A stretch of DNA of 64,000 bases from Candidatus Bathyarchaeota archaeon (GCA_963702095.1 OY969706.1:224001-288000), one strand, 5' to 3'. Positions 29,493 through 40,305 are shown, numbered from the stretch's first letter. Numbers and translations are program-made. Notes: generated by a model from the sequence alone, not told the origin.

Positions 29493-30443
29493 ATGACTCT
29501 AATTCAAGAAGTTCCAAAAACACCTCAACGCTTAGTTGAGAAGTGCCCTGAATGTGCCGGCAAAAATCTTGTCCACGACTATGATACCGGCGAAACCATC
29601 TGCGGCGACTGCGGCCTCGTTTTATATGAGCAGATGTTCGATAAAGGCCCCGAGTGGCGAGCGTTTACCCAGCAAGAGAAAGCCTCACGAAGCCGAGTTG
29701 GTATGCCAACATCTTATTCAGTTCACGATAAAGGATTATCCACAACTATCAGTCAAATTGACAGAGATGCCTTTGGAAGAAAGCTTCCTCTTTCCACGAG
29801 GTTGCAGATGTGGCGCCTTAGGAAGTGGCAAATACGAAGCCGTGTGCACTCCTCTGTTGACCGCAACCTAGCACAAGCTATGGCTGAACTTGACCGTTTA
29901 TCGGGCAAAGTAAATGCTTCGCCGCCAATCAAAGAACAAGCCGCACTTGTTTACAGAAGAGCACTCGATAGAGGCTTAGTCCGTGGAAGATCCATATCTG
30001 GCGTTGCTGCTGCCTCGTTATATGCTGCTTGCCGCAAAAGTGGGTTACCCCGATCCCTTAGGGAAATCGCTGAGGCAAGTCTGGTGAATAGGAAAGATGT
30101 TGCACGCTGCTACCGTTTGCTGTTGCAGGAGCTTGATTTTCATATGCCAATTTCTGACCCTTTGACATACGTTTCGAAGATCGCTGAGAAAAATGGTATT
30201 TCAGGCAAAACACAGGGCGCTGCCATAGCGATACTTAGGGAAGCAAGAAAACAGCGGGTTGCGTCAGGAAAAGATCCAATGGGCATGGCGGCGGCTTCAC
30301 TCTACATAGCTTGTCTGCAGAATAATGAAAAGATAACGCAGAAAGACATTGCAGAAGCAGCCGGAGTCACTGAGGTTACGGTTAGAAACAGATACAAGGC
30401 GCTAAAGAAGCAGCTAAAACTTGAACTACCTGAAAAAGCCTGA
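29493..30443 (+). CDS. tfb: Transcription initiation factor IIB
   Basis: CPEC..GETICGDCG Zn ribbon; PEWRAF; two cyclin repeats; GVTEVTVRNRYK. Confidence 0.97.
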   Translation: MTLIQEVPKTPQRLVEKCPECAGKNLVHDYDTGETICGDCGLVLYEQMFDKGPEWRAFTQQEKASRSRVGMPTSYSVHDKGLSTTISQIDRDAFGRKLPLSTRLQMWRLRKWQIRSRVHSSVDRNLAQAMAELDRLSGKVNASPPIKEQAALVYRRALDRGLVRGRSISGVAAASLYAACRKSGLPRSLREIAEASLVNRKDVARCYRLLLQELDFHMPISDPLTYVSKIAEKNGISGKTQGAAIAILREARKQRVASGKDPMGMAAASLYIACLQNNEKITQKDIAEAAGVTEVTVRNRYKALKKQLKLELPEKA

Positions 30444-30744
30444 TTTTTAGCTTGTAGAAGAAGTGCAAATTGTTGCTCTTTCTTCTTCAATCACGCTATA
30501 AATAAAAACACTGCAACGTTTAGCTAAGGATCTGCTTCTAACTCAAGCTTGCACGACTCTATCTGAACTACTGATCATTAATCATACCCACCAAACAACA
30601 CTACAAAAAGCAAAAATGGATAGGTGTAGGTGCGGGTCTTTTCACCGGTTTTTTTACCCACGGGCAACCACTAAAAGGCCACTAAAAGGAAGGAATAAAT
30701 GAAACGCCTAAATACATGCGTGAACTCACTGCAAGATTGATTTT

Positions 30745-31501
30745 ATGAGTAAAAGAACTGTTAGCACATCCAATATCTTACCTTCAATTGCTGAAGAACG
30801 CAAAAACGAGCAGCCGTTGTTTGCTCGCGATAAAATGCTGCCTGCAAAACACAAATATGTTTGTTGGGTTGACGTCATGGGCTCTCAAAGCGTAATGCTA
30901 CGTTCCCTAAACATGTCAGCACACTTCCTAATGAAACTACATCTAGCTTCCTTGCACGCTCATGACGTATCTATAGAGTTATTTCCGGTTATCGATGGAA
31001 TATACGCGTGTTCATCTTCTCAAAAGTCTATCCTGACTTTTCTAAATAAAGTCAACGCAGCCCTTGCAATTACATTCATACTTGAACCAGCAGCTCTCCA
31101 CAAATTTATGATAAGAAGCGGGTTAGCATATGGACCCGTCATTACGGGAAAAGAAACATTAGCATGTGCTAACGAACTTCGACAAAATTCTAAACATATC
31201 AATCAAGTATTTTTTGGCGCTCCATTGACCCAAGCGTTTCAAATCGAAAAAAAAATCCGCGCCATTCGGTGTAACTTTACATGAATCGGTTCGGTCTTTT
31301 GCGCCAAATAAGGAAACCCCTGTGTCTGGAACCTACTGGAAATGGTGGAAACGACCTCAGGAAGATGCACTTGCATCGGAACTCTTTGATTCTCTAAAAA
31401 AATATTATGCATGGTGTTTAGAGCATACTGCAATGTTATCTTATGAGAAGGCAGATATTGAGCGGCATATTGAATTAGCAAAGGAGTACTTTTCAGATTA
31501 A
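30745..31501 (+). CDS. Nucleotide-cyclase-fold-like protein, frameshifted in an A9 run
   Basis: YVCWVDVMG, IDGIY, IRSGLAYG, FG.PL.QA..IE; the frame continues to 31501 if one A is removed. Confidence 0.5.
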
Positions 31502-31564
31502 GTGCGCTTTGTCTCTAATTTGACTAAATAACATTTGATCAAATGACACCACAAGAGGAGCTAT

Positions 31565-31816
31565 TTAATTCCCTGAGAGCTTTTTTGAGTTCCCCCTAAA
31601 AACTGCGGGAATTATTTCTCTCTCAAGTAACGAATATGCACTAATGCCTCTTGTTTCACTATTTGTCTGAGGTAATATAGTAATATTAGAGAATTTTACG
31701 GCTCATCCTTCTTGAGCTAATTCATTTAACTCCTGTTGAAACTTTGATTTTACTGAGGTTCCAAAAGCTAATTCTCCAGAGTAATCTTCCCAATAAACCA
31801 CTTTGTATTCGTTCAT
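31565..31816 (-). pseudogene. DUF4177-like gene with TGA at a conserved Trp
   Basis: MNEYKVV...LNELAQEG*AV...LLERE. Confidence 0.6.
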
Positions 31817-32024
31817 GTTATAGTCAATGGCCCCTCTGCGTTCACTATACAATTTAACACTTTGCTATCTGATGCAGTTTTTCGGTAATCAAAAGTTGTA
31901 CTTGATTATGGGAAGGCCCCTGAGATTTTAGTTGAAAATTTGGCAAACACTGAAATGCTTGTCTGCTATATTTTGTACTCGGAGACAATTTTATGAAACA
32001 TAGCCGATATTTTGATTCTCCTAA

Positions 32025-32483
32025 TTGTGGGGGCTGTATTTACAAAACAAGCAGTTACTGCTGGGGACAATGCTCCCTAAACATTTGGAAAAAAGACAAA
32101 GAATACTAATTATTTTGGAGTGCACGAGCGATTGCATACTAACTTTAGAAGTTGATTCAGTTTTGGAACACACTAACAAGCTTATTGTGAGAGTGGTTAA
32201 CCATCAAAAGAATAAACCAATCCAGAATATTACGGTTAAAGTGTTCAAGATCGAAAAAAAACCAATAACACCCGAACAATGGGTTAAAAATCTAAAAAAT
32301 GGACCTCCCTTTAAAACCTTAGTTCTCTCAATGAACACCGATAACACTGGTACCGTAACCGCCGAATTCCCTGAAGGTACCTATGAAGCTAAAGTAGAAG
32401 GATATGGGTTTAATCAGATTTGCGAATTAACCCAAAATGCTGAAGTTCTCGTTATTGAACCAAAAAAGCATTGGTGGCAATGA
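32025..32483 (+). CDS. Carboxypeptidase-regulatory-like beta-sandwich protein
   Basis: PIQNITVKV...TDNTGTV...EGTYEAKVE; true start likely downstream. Confidence 0.55.
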   Translation: MWGLYLQNKQLLLGTMLPKHLEKRQRILIILECTSDCILTLEVDSVLEHTNKLIVRVVNHQKNKPIQNITVKVFKIEKKPITPEQWVKNLKNGPPFKTLVLSMNTDNTGTVTAEFPEGTYEAKVEGYGFNQICELTQNAEVLVIEPKKHWWQ

Positions 32484-33048
32484 TGTAGTTTGCCTCTATT
32501 CCGCGGTCTCTGCAAAGTCTAATGTTCAATTTGAAATAACCGTTTTGAACTGCATCCATGTTTTCAATTGGGGGTTAGCCGAAGTCCTTTGTGCCGCTAA
32601 ACCCATATTCTCCTGTAGCTTTTCTAGCAATTTTTGGATTTAGTCCGCCTGCAGAGGCGTCGATCGCTATGACTGGGACCTGATTAACTTGAGAAGATTT
32701 AGTCTACTCGCTCGGTCGTTTTTTGCATTATTTGGAGCGGTCAAGCGCGTTTCCTAAGCAATAAAATTCATACAGTTTTGGGAGGCAATGTGTTTCTAAT
32801 TATCTAAAACTGGCTCCCACCTGTTGCTTAGTAGTAACCAACCCTATAAGCGTTATTTTATATATTTTGAGGCTTGATAATGCAACAGGCAAGAAAACCT
32901 TGAAGCTACCCTATAGCGTTTCAGCTTACAAATTCGACTTGTTCCTCATTTTCTTGATTTTCGGTCTCAGCCTTCCAGCTCTCTCTGGATTACTGATTTT
33001 CCCCTTCTCACTAATACCCTGCACCAGCAGATTAACCATGCAAGAGGT

Positions 33049-35019
33049 TTATAACGACTTTATTGCTTTCGTTGAAGAAGGTATTGATGGAGCCAGTTCT
33101 TCTCGGGAATCAGCGATCACACACTTAAGTTCATTTATACTTGTTGAGTCCAATAGAATACTTGGAGGCTTTTTGGGGTCTATGTAAATTTGGAACCAGA
33201 GTTCCAAAGTTAACACCATCCAAAAGAATTGAGAGAGATCATATTCGACTGCGGGATCAATGTCGTCAGTACATAACATATCAAATGTTTTGAGTAACTT
33301 ACTTTGGTTAAATATCCCTCTGTCCTTGAATCTTTCAGAAGATAGGATTTCAAGGATTTCTGGGCGAAGGCTCTTAACCCACTTGATTGCTGGAACAGAA
33401 CTACCAAACTTCCGTCTGGATTTACGAACAGCTTCCGGTATCAAGCCTTTAACGGCCTCTCTTAAAACGTATTTAGATATGCCTCTTCTGCTTTTCTGGC
33501 TTTCTGGCAATGACATACAAAAAAGCATGAATTCGGGGTCTAAACAAGGATATCGGGGTTCAATAGAAAAAGCAGAGAAAATCATATCCTGAGCCTGCAA
33601 AATCTCTACTATGCTTCCTATCGTTCGGTCAACTTGTGATTCTTCGGTTCGAGCAAAATTCTCAGTGATACGCGCACGGGAAATGTATTCTTGGTTTAGG
33701 AATTGTGATTCTTTTCGTGTTGCTGTTGACTCTCTAAGTAGCTTTAGTTGGTTTACTATCTTCCCAAACGTAACGTAAGACAAATCTTGATGCACTATCA
33801 TACCTATTGTTTCAACTAAAAACTTGCCAAATTTCTTTTTTTGCCAAAGGATTCTAAGATATTCATAAATCTCAACATCCCCGCTAAGATATGTATCCAT
33901 TCCAGTCCCCAAGAAAGCCACTTTTGCACGTTCGTTCCCCAACGCCCTGGCTAAACATAATGACATATAAGCACTCTCGAAGTGGCAGGGTTCTTCCAAG
34001 CAAAAAACCAATCGCTCTAACTCTTTCCGTCCGAGTGATTGATGAAGGTTCACGTAATTGACCTCGGTTTCTCGGAACCGTTCGTATTCTCTAATGTATG
34101 GTTCCTCATTTACTCCTCTGGAGTCACCCGCACTGACAGCGGAAACCAATGTTTGCGTTCCAACTTGGTTTATCTTAGCAAGTTCATTAGAAATCAAAGA
34201 AGCAATAGCTTGGCTATCAATGCCCCCGCTCATGCATGTTCCAAATTGCACATCTTTGGGTAGCATTTTCTTGGTTGTATGCTGTAATTTATCTAAGAAA
34301 AGCGAGGAATAGTTATAATTCCCCTTTTTCGGGGCTGACGGAGAGGGAAGATGCCAATACTCAAAAACCTCTGGCTTGTTTTCTCCTAAAGTAAAAACCG
34401 CATAATATCCAGGCAACACTTCCTTTATCTGGGCAAAATAAGTATCACCACTCCTAAAATGGTAACGCTGTAATAAGTATCTGCACAATAAATCATGGTT
34501 GGGTTTACGTGGGATTGTTTGGTCAATAAAAAGGGCTTTTATCTCGGATGCCAACGCATAACTGTCGCCGTTTGCCGTATAAAATAGCGGCTTACTTCCT
34601 AATCGGTCTCTGACAGCAAACAACTTTTCCTGTGTTGAATCCCATATGCAGAAGGCAAAGACTCCGTCTAACTGTTTTATGCAATCTATACCATTGATTT
34701 CATAGGCTTTTAAGACAAGTTCGGCATCTGAGTAAACTGTAGTCGCGTTTTTATCAAGTTGTTCTTTGAGTTCACGACTATTGTATAATGTTCCGTCAAG
34801 GGTAATCCAAATGTTTTTTTTCTTGTTGCAGAGTGGTTGGTGAACAAACTTAGAACCCCTAAAAGACGCAACATTTCCGATCGCTACTTTTGAATCTAAA
34901 AACCAGCCGGAATCATCGGGTCCTCGATGTTTGAGAGCTTGACACATTTTACGTACTAACTCGTAGGATCTACCTGAATCATACCCTAAGAGAGCGACAA
35001 TCCCGCCCAAACATGTCAC
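33049..35019 (-). CDS. Asparagine-synthetase-family protein with divergent glutaminase domain
   Basis: HRGPD, RDRLGSKPLFY, ASEIKAL, SGGIDS, RYPCLD, KYVLREA. Confidence 0.85.
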   Translation of the reverse strand: MTCLGGIVALLGYDSGRSYELVRKMCQALKHRGPDDSGWFLDSKVAIGNVASFRGSKFVHQPLCNKKKNIWITLDGTLYNSRELKEQLDKNATTVYSDAELVLKAYEINGIDCIKQLDGVFAFCIWDSTQEKLFAVRDRLGSKPLFYTANGDSYALASEIKALFIDQTIPRKPNHDLLCRYLLQRYHFRSGDTYFAQIKEVLPGYYAVFTLGENKPEVFEYWHLPSPSAPKKGNYNYSSLFLDKLQHTTKKMLPKDVQFGTCMSGGIDSQAIASLISNELAKINQVGTQTLVSAVSAGDSRGVNEEPYIREYERFRETEVNYVNLHQSLGRKELERLVFCLEEPCHFESAYMSLCLARALGNERAKVAFLGTGMDTYLSGDVEIYEYLRILWQKKKFGKFLVETIGMIVHQDLSYVTFGKIVNQLKLLRESTATRKESQFLNQEYISRARITENFARTEESQVDRTIGSIVEILQAQDMIFSAFSIEPRYPCLDPEFMLFCMSLPESQKSRRGISKYVLREAVKGLIPEAVRKSRRKFGSSVPAIKWVKSLRPEILEILSSERFKDRGIFNQSKLLKTFDMLCTDDIDPAVEYDLSQFFWMVLTLELWFQIYIDPKKPPSILLDSTSINELKCVIADSREELAPSIPSSTKAIKSL

Positions 35020-35183
35020 CAGTCATTTTTTGGCTCTGTAGAGATTTATATTTTGTGTATTGCTAATCATTAAAAAAAGACAATTATCGACCAGTTGATT
35101 TGTGATTGTTAGAAAAATTTAAGGTTTCTTAAAAGAAAGGTGCAAAAAATTTATACAGAACAGAAAAAAGGCAATTCATAGCC

Positions 35184-35227
35184 ATCTCCACGGCTTAAAG
35201 GCTCGAACATCCACACCGCCTGCATCA
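35184..35227 (+). repeat. att-like repeat copy
   Basis: ATCTCCACGGCTTAAAGGCTCGAACATCCACACCGCCTGCATCA. Confidence 0.65.
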
Positions 35228-35357
35228 CAGCCCTCTAAGCGCTGAATTATATAGGCTTAACACCTTGAACTGTTGATGCAGTGCTAAAGCCGCCACACCA
35301 ACCCCATAAAGAGAGAGAAAAGCAAAACAAACGTTGATCTGCTGGTAAAAGAGACGG

Positions 35358-35407
35358 GCGGGCGATATCTCCACGGCTCAGAGAGTTCGAATCCCACCCC
35401 TGCACCA
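35358..35407 (+). repeat. Best-preserved att-like site ending in tRNA 3' end with CCA
   Basis: GCGGGCGATATCTCCACGGCTCAGAGAGTTCGAATCCCACCCCTGCACCA. Confidence 0.8.
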
Positions 35408-35626
35408 AGACCTGACTTTATCGGTTGACTCTTGATTTGATGACTATCAGCAACAGCTAAGCCTGAGAATCCGAGTTACACGCAAAGTCAACAGGCGATT
35501 TTTTTCTGTATAAAGAAAGCATTAATGCTTAAATTGTTCATCACTAATAGGAAACTATTGTAGAGCCGCCTGTTTACTTTTAGGTGATTCCAAATATCAG
35601 CCTCTGTTTTACTTGCCACTAAAAAT

Positions 35627-36287
35627 TTGAAGAAACTGCTTTATCGTTCAAAATATTTCTCTTTAGTATTCTTCATCGTTTTTTTATCTACTTTTTATTC
35701 CATACAGTCAAGGTTATTTTGGTCAGATTTTTCTTTCACTTATAGTGTCACTGGTTCTGGTTATTGCAGGGTTTTCAGTAAAACAAGAGAAAACAATCGG
35801 CCCAATTACCCTGCTGATAGTTTTTGTGACTTTGTTCTTTGTTTGGTTCTTTACAATTCAAGGAAGCCGGCACAGCGAGGAACTTGTGCGTTTTTTTACA
35901 ACAATTTCTTTCTCACTTATTGGAGCCTTGATCTTTATCAACGTCATCAAAACTGAGCGAAAGAAGGCTATTGAGATGGATTTGGTATGGGGTGGTGTGG
36001 CGACTTATCTTTTGATCGGGTTGGCTTTCGCTTCGATTTACCGTTTGGTTGAATTATACGTGCCGGGCTCTTTTTCCAGTTTATCGACTCCGCCTATGCA
36101 TGATTTTTCTAATTTTATTTATTTTAGCTATTATGCGTTGACTACGATAGGTGGACTTATGACGCCCAACACCTTGCAGGCACAGTCGCTTGTGATGTTG
36201 GAGCCTATTATAGGAACGTTGTTTATCGCTATTTTGATTTCACGCTTGGTAGGCATTGTTGGGAGTAAAGAAAACCAAGCCTCGTAA
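35627..36287 (+). CDS. Ion-channel-domain (Ion_trans_2-like) membrane protein, frameshifted near 35730
   Basis: YLLIGLAFASIY, FIYFSYYALTTIGG, E.IIG.LFIAILISRLV. Confidence 0.75.
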
Positions 36288-36387
36288 TGAACCGAAAGAA
36301 TGCAAAGGATAGGCGGGTAGGGGGAGCATAATCGCGTCAAATAGTTTTTAAGTAATATGAGGTTACCTTTAGGTAAGTGTTGGTTTT

Positions 36388-36669
36388 ATGGTTGAAGATT
36401 TTGATCTTGAAGACTTTAATCTGATTGACATGAATGCGAAGAAGGTCCTGGTTGCTCTATCAGACTTTGACAAAGGATTACTGATTAAAGGGGAAATGGT
36501 ACATAAGAAAACTGGTTTAACCCCCGCCGACATAAACGATGCAGTTAGAAGCCTAAAAGAGTCCTTGCTGGTCGATATACCCGATGCCCTCAAAAACTTG
36601 CTGCCCTACGACTTCTACGCGGTGGAAATCACGGATTTTGGAAGACAAGTGCTGGAACAATACGGGTGA
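36388..36669 (+). CDS. Small wHTH protein
   Basis: TGLTPADINDAVRSL....LV...ITDFGR. Confidence 0.65.
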   Translation: MVEDFDLEDFNLIDMNAKKVLVALSDFDKGLLIKGEMVHKKTGLTPADINDAVRSLKESLLVDIPDALKNLLPYDFYAVEITDFGRQVLEQYG

Positions 36670-37037
36670 GAGGCTTCTTATTATTTTTCCTTTGTCGCTT
36701 TTCTTAATTACCCTCCAAGGGTTATTTTATAATGTAAACAAATGTAAAGCGACTCCCCTGACTCCCTAAAATAATTAAAGTAAAATGAAAAGGGGTTTGC
36801 AGATGGCCTCTCTTGGCCAACAAAGGGTCGACTCCTACCTGTCCATAAAACATAGAATGAGTTTATTGCTTCTGGATTATAGGTTATCTACGTTATGCCT
36901 CTTTTTGGAATAGCGCACTAATAATCAACCATTCTATCGGTACTACTCTAATAAAGAAACAAAAAGAATGGAGAGGCGTGTCGCTACTTTTCAGCAGCGA
37001 CCTCTTTGGATTTCATGTTTATCTCTCTCGAAGAATT

Positions 37038-37259
37038 TTACTGGGGTCGCATGCTTCTATTGCCGATTATGTTGAATCTTATTAGCCCTAAAGCAAGTAT
37101 TACTATGCCTAAGACAAGCGATGCAGTACCTAAACCTGACCCGCGTAATAGATTAGGTAAAATTATTATCGCTGTTCCCACTAACGCCAGTATTATTCCA
37201 ATTAAAGCTAGAAGACTCCCTTGTTTCTTGTTTTTCCTTATCGGTCGTTGTTCAACCAT
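37038..37259 (-). CDS. Small two-TM protein
   Basis: Two hydrophobic segments. Confidence 0.55.
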   Translation of the reverse strand: MVEQRPIRKNKKQGSLLALIGIILALVGTAIIILPNLLRGSGLGTASLVLGIVILALGLIRFNIIGNRSMRPQ

Positions 37260-37775
37260 CTTAGCCCTCTCCGTGTAGAGACAGGGTGAACTGTTCGTAT
37301 ATTAAAACATTATCAGCAGGACTTGATTCAAGTATCCAAATTGTAATGGATACAATGTTACATTTGCTCAGAAATTAGGCGCGTCATCCATTGATCCCCC
37401 AACAACCGTTAACCTCAACAGTGGTACCAATCATAACAGTTAGCACACTTAGTGGATGAGCTTAGAGGAAAAATGAATCCCTAAAGGTGCATATACTCTA
37501 ATTACACTATCACCGCTATCAAGACAACAAGCGCTAAATCCAACCATAACACCTTAACCTCCAAATTTAGTGCCTCATCCTCACCCTTAACAAAAGGCAA
37601 TCTCTCTGCACAGGTGGTAATCATATTACCGTTTCCAGGTCCCCGTATTATTTGAGGTCATGTTAGTAGTCATCATAATTATCTCGCTGGTATAGTGCTT
37701 TTTATTAGGTATCGAAACAGTAAGTCCAATGAGCTTCAAATAACATAACTATGTTAAGAGCGGGAGCTAGAATAA

Positions 37776-37943
37776 GTGAAGAAAAAAGACAGCGTCGAAG
37801 TAAGCGAATGCGAAACCTTCCAGTCCTACAACGAAAAACTCAAAGCAAAGTACGGTGACCAGTGGCTGGGAAAAGGCAAGTGTACTGGACTGGAGTTCAA
37901 ACGCTGGATAGCTCTACGGGACAACCTCACAGAAATCCCCTGA
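37776..37943 (+). CDS. Small hypothetical protein
   Basis: Hand-translated 55-aa ORF, GTG start with upstream GGAG. Confidence 0.4.
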   Translation: MKKKDSVEVSECETFQSYNEKLKAKYGDQWLGKGKCTGLEFKRWIALRDNLTEIP

Positions 37944-38082
37944 CCTCTCACTTGAAAAACCGCCTTTGACTATTTCTATTCAATAGTTTTTTAAGGCAAC
38001 ACAACAATAACTTTTCATTCACTATAGTATTTACCTATGGTCGGGAGTCCAACCACTTGCCACATTTAGGGATGCGAAAAAC

Positions 38083-39195
38083 ATGAACAAACAATTGCTA
38101 ACAGGTATTTTTATTGTATTTTTCCTTTTTTCAATTCTAGTTATCCCCCAAATAGTCTACTGTCAAACAGATGCACCGTCCGCAACAGAGCCAGCGCCAA
38201 CCGAAGCAGCACAAGGAGGCTTTAACTGGTTACTTGTGGGCGGAATCTCGGCGGCTGTGGTAGCGGCTGTTGTCGTCGTAGTTGCATTTGTTTTTACTAA
38301 GAGAAGGGTTAGCGAAAAAAGCCTCAGAAAAGTTTCATCCCGTGCCTTCGAAGATTGGGTTATTAAGCGGTTCAATGGCAAACCAAGCGATCCGACTTCG
38401 GGTGTAAGTGCAGTTACCGAGGGAGGTCAACCGCTCTTAATCGTGCAGTCTGATCATATTGGTTTAGCCGAGGTTGAAGATTTTGTTAAAGTATTGGCTA
38501 GGGGCGGAACGCAGAAGGGTACGATTGTAGCTTTCAATTTCGATAATGACACCGTCGAGGGAAAAGTAGCAGCATTGGATAACGGCATTGAGCTTCAGTT
38601 GGTACGTGTAAATGAACTGGTGAATAAACGCTATGCTGGAAGGATCAAAAGCCTTGCCCGTTCACAGGCAACCTTTGAGGCCCCACCGGTTGGCATCATG
38701 GAAGATCAAGTTCCTGAGACAAAAACACCAGCCTTTGAAAGAATGCCCATGGCAAGTAGCCACTCAGGAGATGCTCTGGGAAGACCCCGGGTCTTCATAT
38801 CTAACAGCAACACAAAGGTAGCGGACCAAGTAAGAAAAATGCTGGATTTCCTAGATTACGGCTATGTCACGGGCGACAAAGAAGAAACTACAGTGCCTAT
38901 TTCGGACAATAAATTTGGGTTAATGCAAAACTGCGACTGCGCGATAATCAACATAGCCGCAGCTGAACAGGAAAGACGGTACAGCGGACTCTACGTTCTA
39001 AATTCAACGGTTTCCTCAGAAATCAACGCTGCGTACCTGAAATATAACACTCAAGTGGTTCTGCTGGTTGAAAGAAAAGTAGATTTACCTCCAAACCTTA
39101 AAGGGGTAAACAGAATTGACTATGACAGTGATGATTTGTCTTTCAACGCAGCAATGGATCTTAAGAAAACCTTAGAGGGCTTTAAAAAAATATAG
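38083..39195 (+). CDS. Membrane-anchored Mrr-like + TIR-like domain protein
   Basis: Signal plus TM; FEDWV..RF Mrr-like start; RVFIS...CDCAII...SEINAA...LP.NL.G TIR-like domain. Confidence 0.65.
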   Translation: MNKQLLTGIFIVFFLFSILVIPQIVYCQTDAPSATEPAPTEAAQGGFNWLLVGGISAAVVAAVVVVVAFVFTKRRVSEKSLRKVSSRAFEDWVIKRFNGKPSDPTSGVSAVTEGGQPLLIVQSDHIGLAEVEDFVKVLARGGTQKGTIVAFNFDNDTVEGKVAALDNGIELQLVRVNELVNKRYAGRIKSLARSQATFEAPPVGIMEDQVPETKTPAFERMPMASSHSGDALGRPRVFISNSNTKVADQVRKMLDFLDYGYVTGDKEETTVPISDNKFGLMQNCDCAIINIAAAEQERRYSGLYVLNSTVSSEINAAYLKYNTQVVLLVERKVDLPPNLKGVNRIDYDSDDLSFNAAMDLKKTLEGFKKI

Positions 39196-39217
39196 TTAAG
39201 CCTCAAAACCCGAGGTA

Positions 39218-39509
39218 TTAGGTTTCTTTTGAGAGTTTCTCAACCAACTGCTCTCCTTCCGCGGTAAGGTCGTATTGACGGTACTCGCTTCGGGCAGTTT
39301 CTTTTAATTCGCCTTTTAAGAGGCGGGCTCTCTCCAAGACAGCCAAATCATGCATCACCTGCTTAACATCGTAAAACGCTGGGCCCTCACTCTGAGGCAT
39401 CATATCAAAAGGCCGGCACCTTTGCCACCCGAATCAAAAGAGACCGGTAGCGTTCAAACCCTTCCTCAAACTCTTTCATTTCACGTGCTTTGTTTTCTTC
39501 AGCAACCAT
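39218..39509 (-). CDS. wHTH-like protein, frameshifted
   Basis: DL..LE.A.LL....YDLTAEG; N-terminus MVAEENK is in another frame. Confidence 0.45.
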
Positions 39510-40305
39510 ATTCAACCTATTTTTTAATTCTAAGGACATAAAACGCCAACCCAAAACTATCTAACTAAAGAACCATTTTTAATCAGCTTCTGTGGCTAAA
39601 GAGTCTTTAGGCGACTTAGCACTTATTGCTTCGCCGTTTCCTGCCTGCATGACCCGTTTACGTTGGCTATGATGATGCTTGGGTATCACAGGTTCCTGAG
39701 TTTCCGGCAGCGTTGGCGGCAACGGTTTGTTTGCTTGTAGTGACAGCAGTAGCAATCCTTTTTGATTGTATAAGATATTTAACTTTTACCCTTATCCCTC
39801 AAACGCTTCAAAACAGAGGGGCATCTAACTAAGCGAGTGCCCGCTTACAATGAAAAAGAGATTGTAGGATGCATCTGCAACGTTAAAGCGGTTTAAATCC
39901 ACCATTGTACCATTACTACTTACCTGTGTCGGATTGCAGGCAGTTTTGGCTTTCTTAGCCACTTCTTTTATGGCAGTAAAAGAGGGGTCTGCTCCACAAA
40001 ATGGCAATAGGGTAATTGACAGAACAGCGCCTGCTTAAGTGATTATAACCAAGTTGCATGATTGCTCAGGGCAGTAGGTAACGCCACCCAACGACGGAAA
40101 GTCCGTTAAAAACGTTCACATATACAACTAATAGATAGTAATAGTAAACTTTAACAGATTAAACGCCGGGATTTTTGAGTATCTACTAAGCGGTCTTTTA
40201 GATTTGACGTTTCAATGCAGAAACTCTCTGATAAAGACAAAAACCCAGCTTTTTTGGAGCTTTTGGGAAAACAACTAAATAGTTGAAGAGTTCAATCATA
40301 AGACT

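Noticed and set aside
30631-30670. Further att-like copy (GCGGGTCTTTTCACCGG)
   Set aside because: The match is too short and lacks the T-loop part.
31703-31705. UGA recoding or alternative genetic code
   Set aside because: A single TGG-to-TGA change in an accessory gene; TGA terminates many intact genes in the window.
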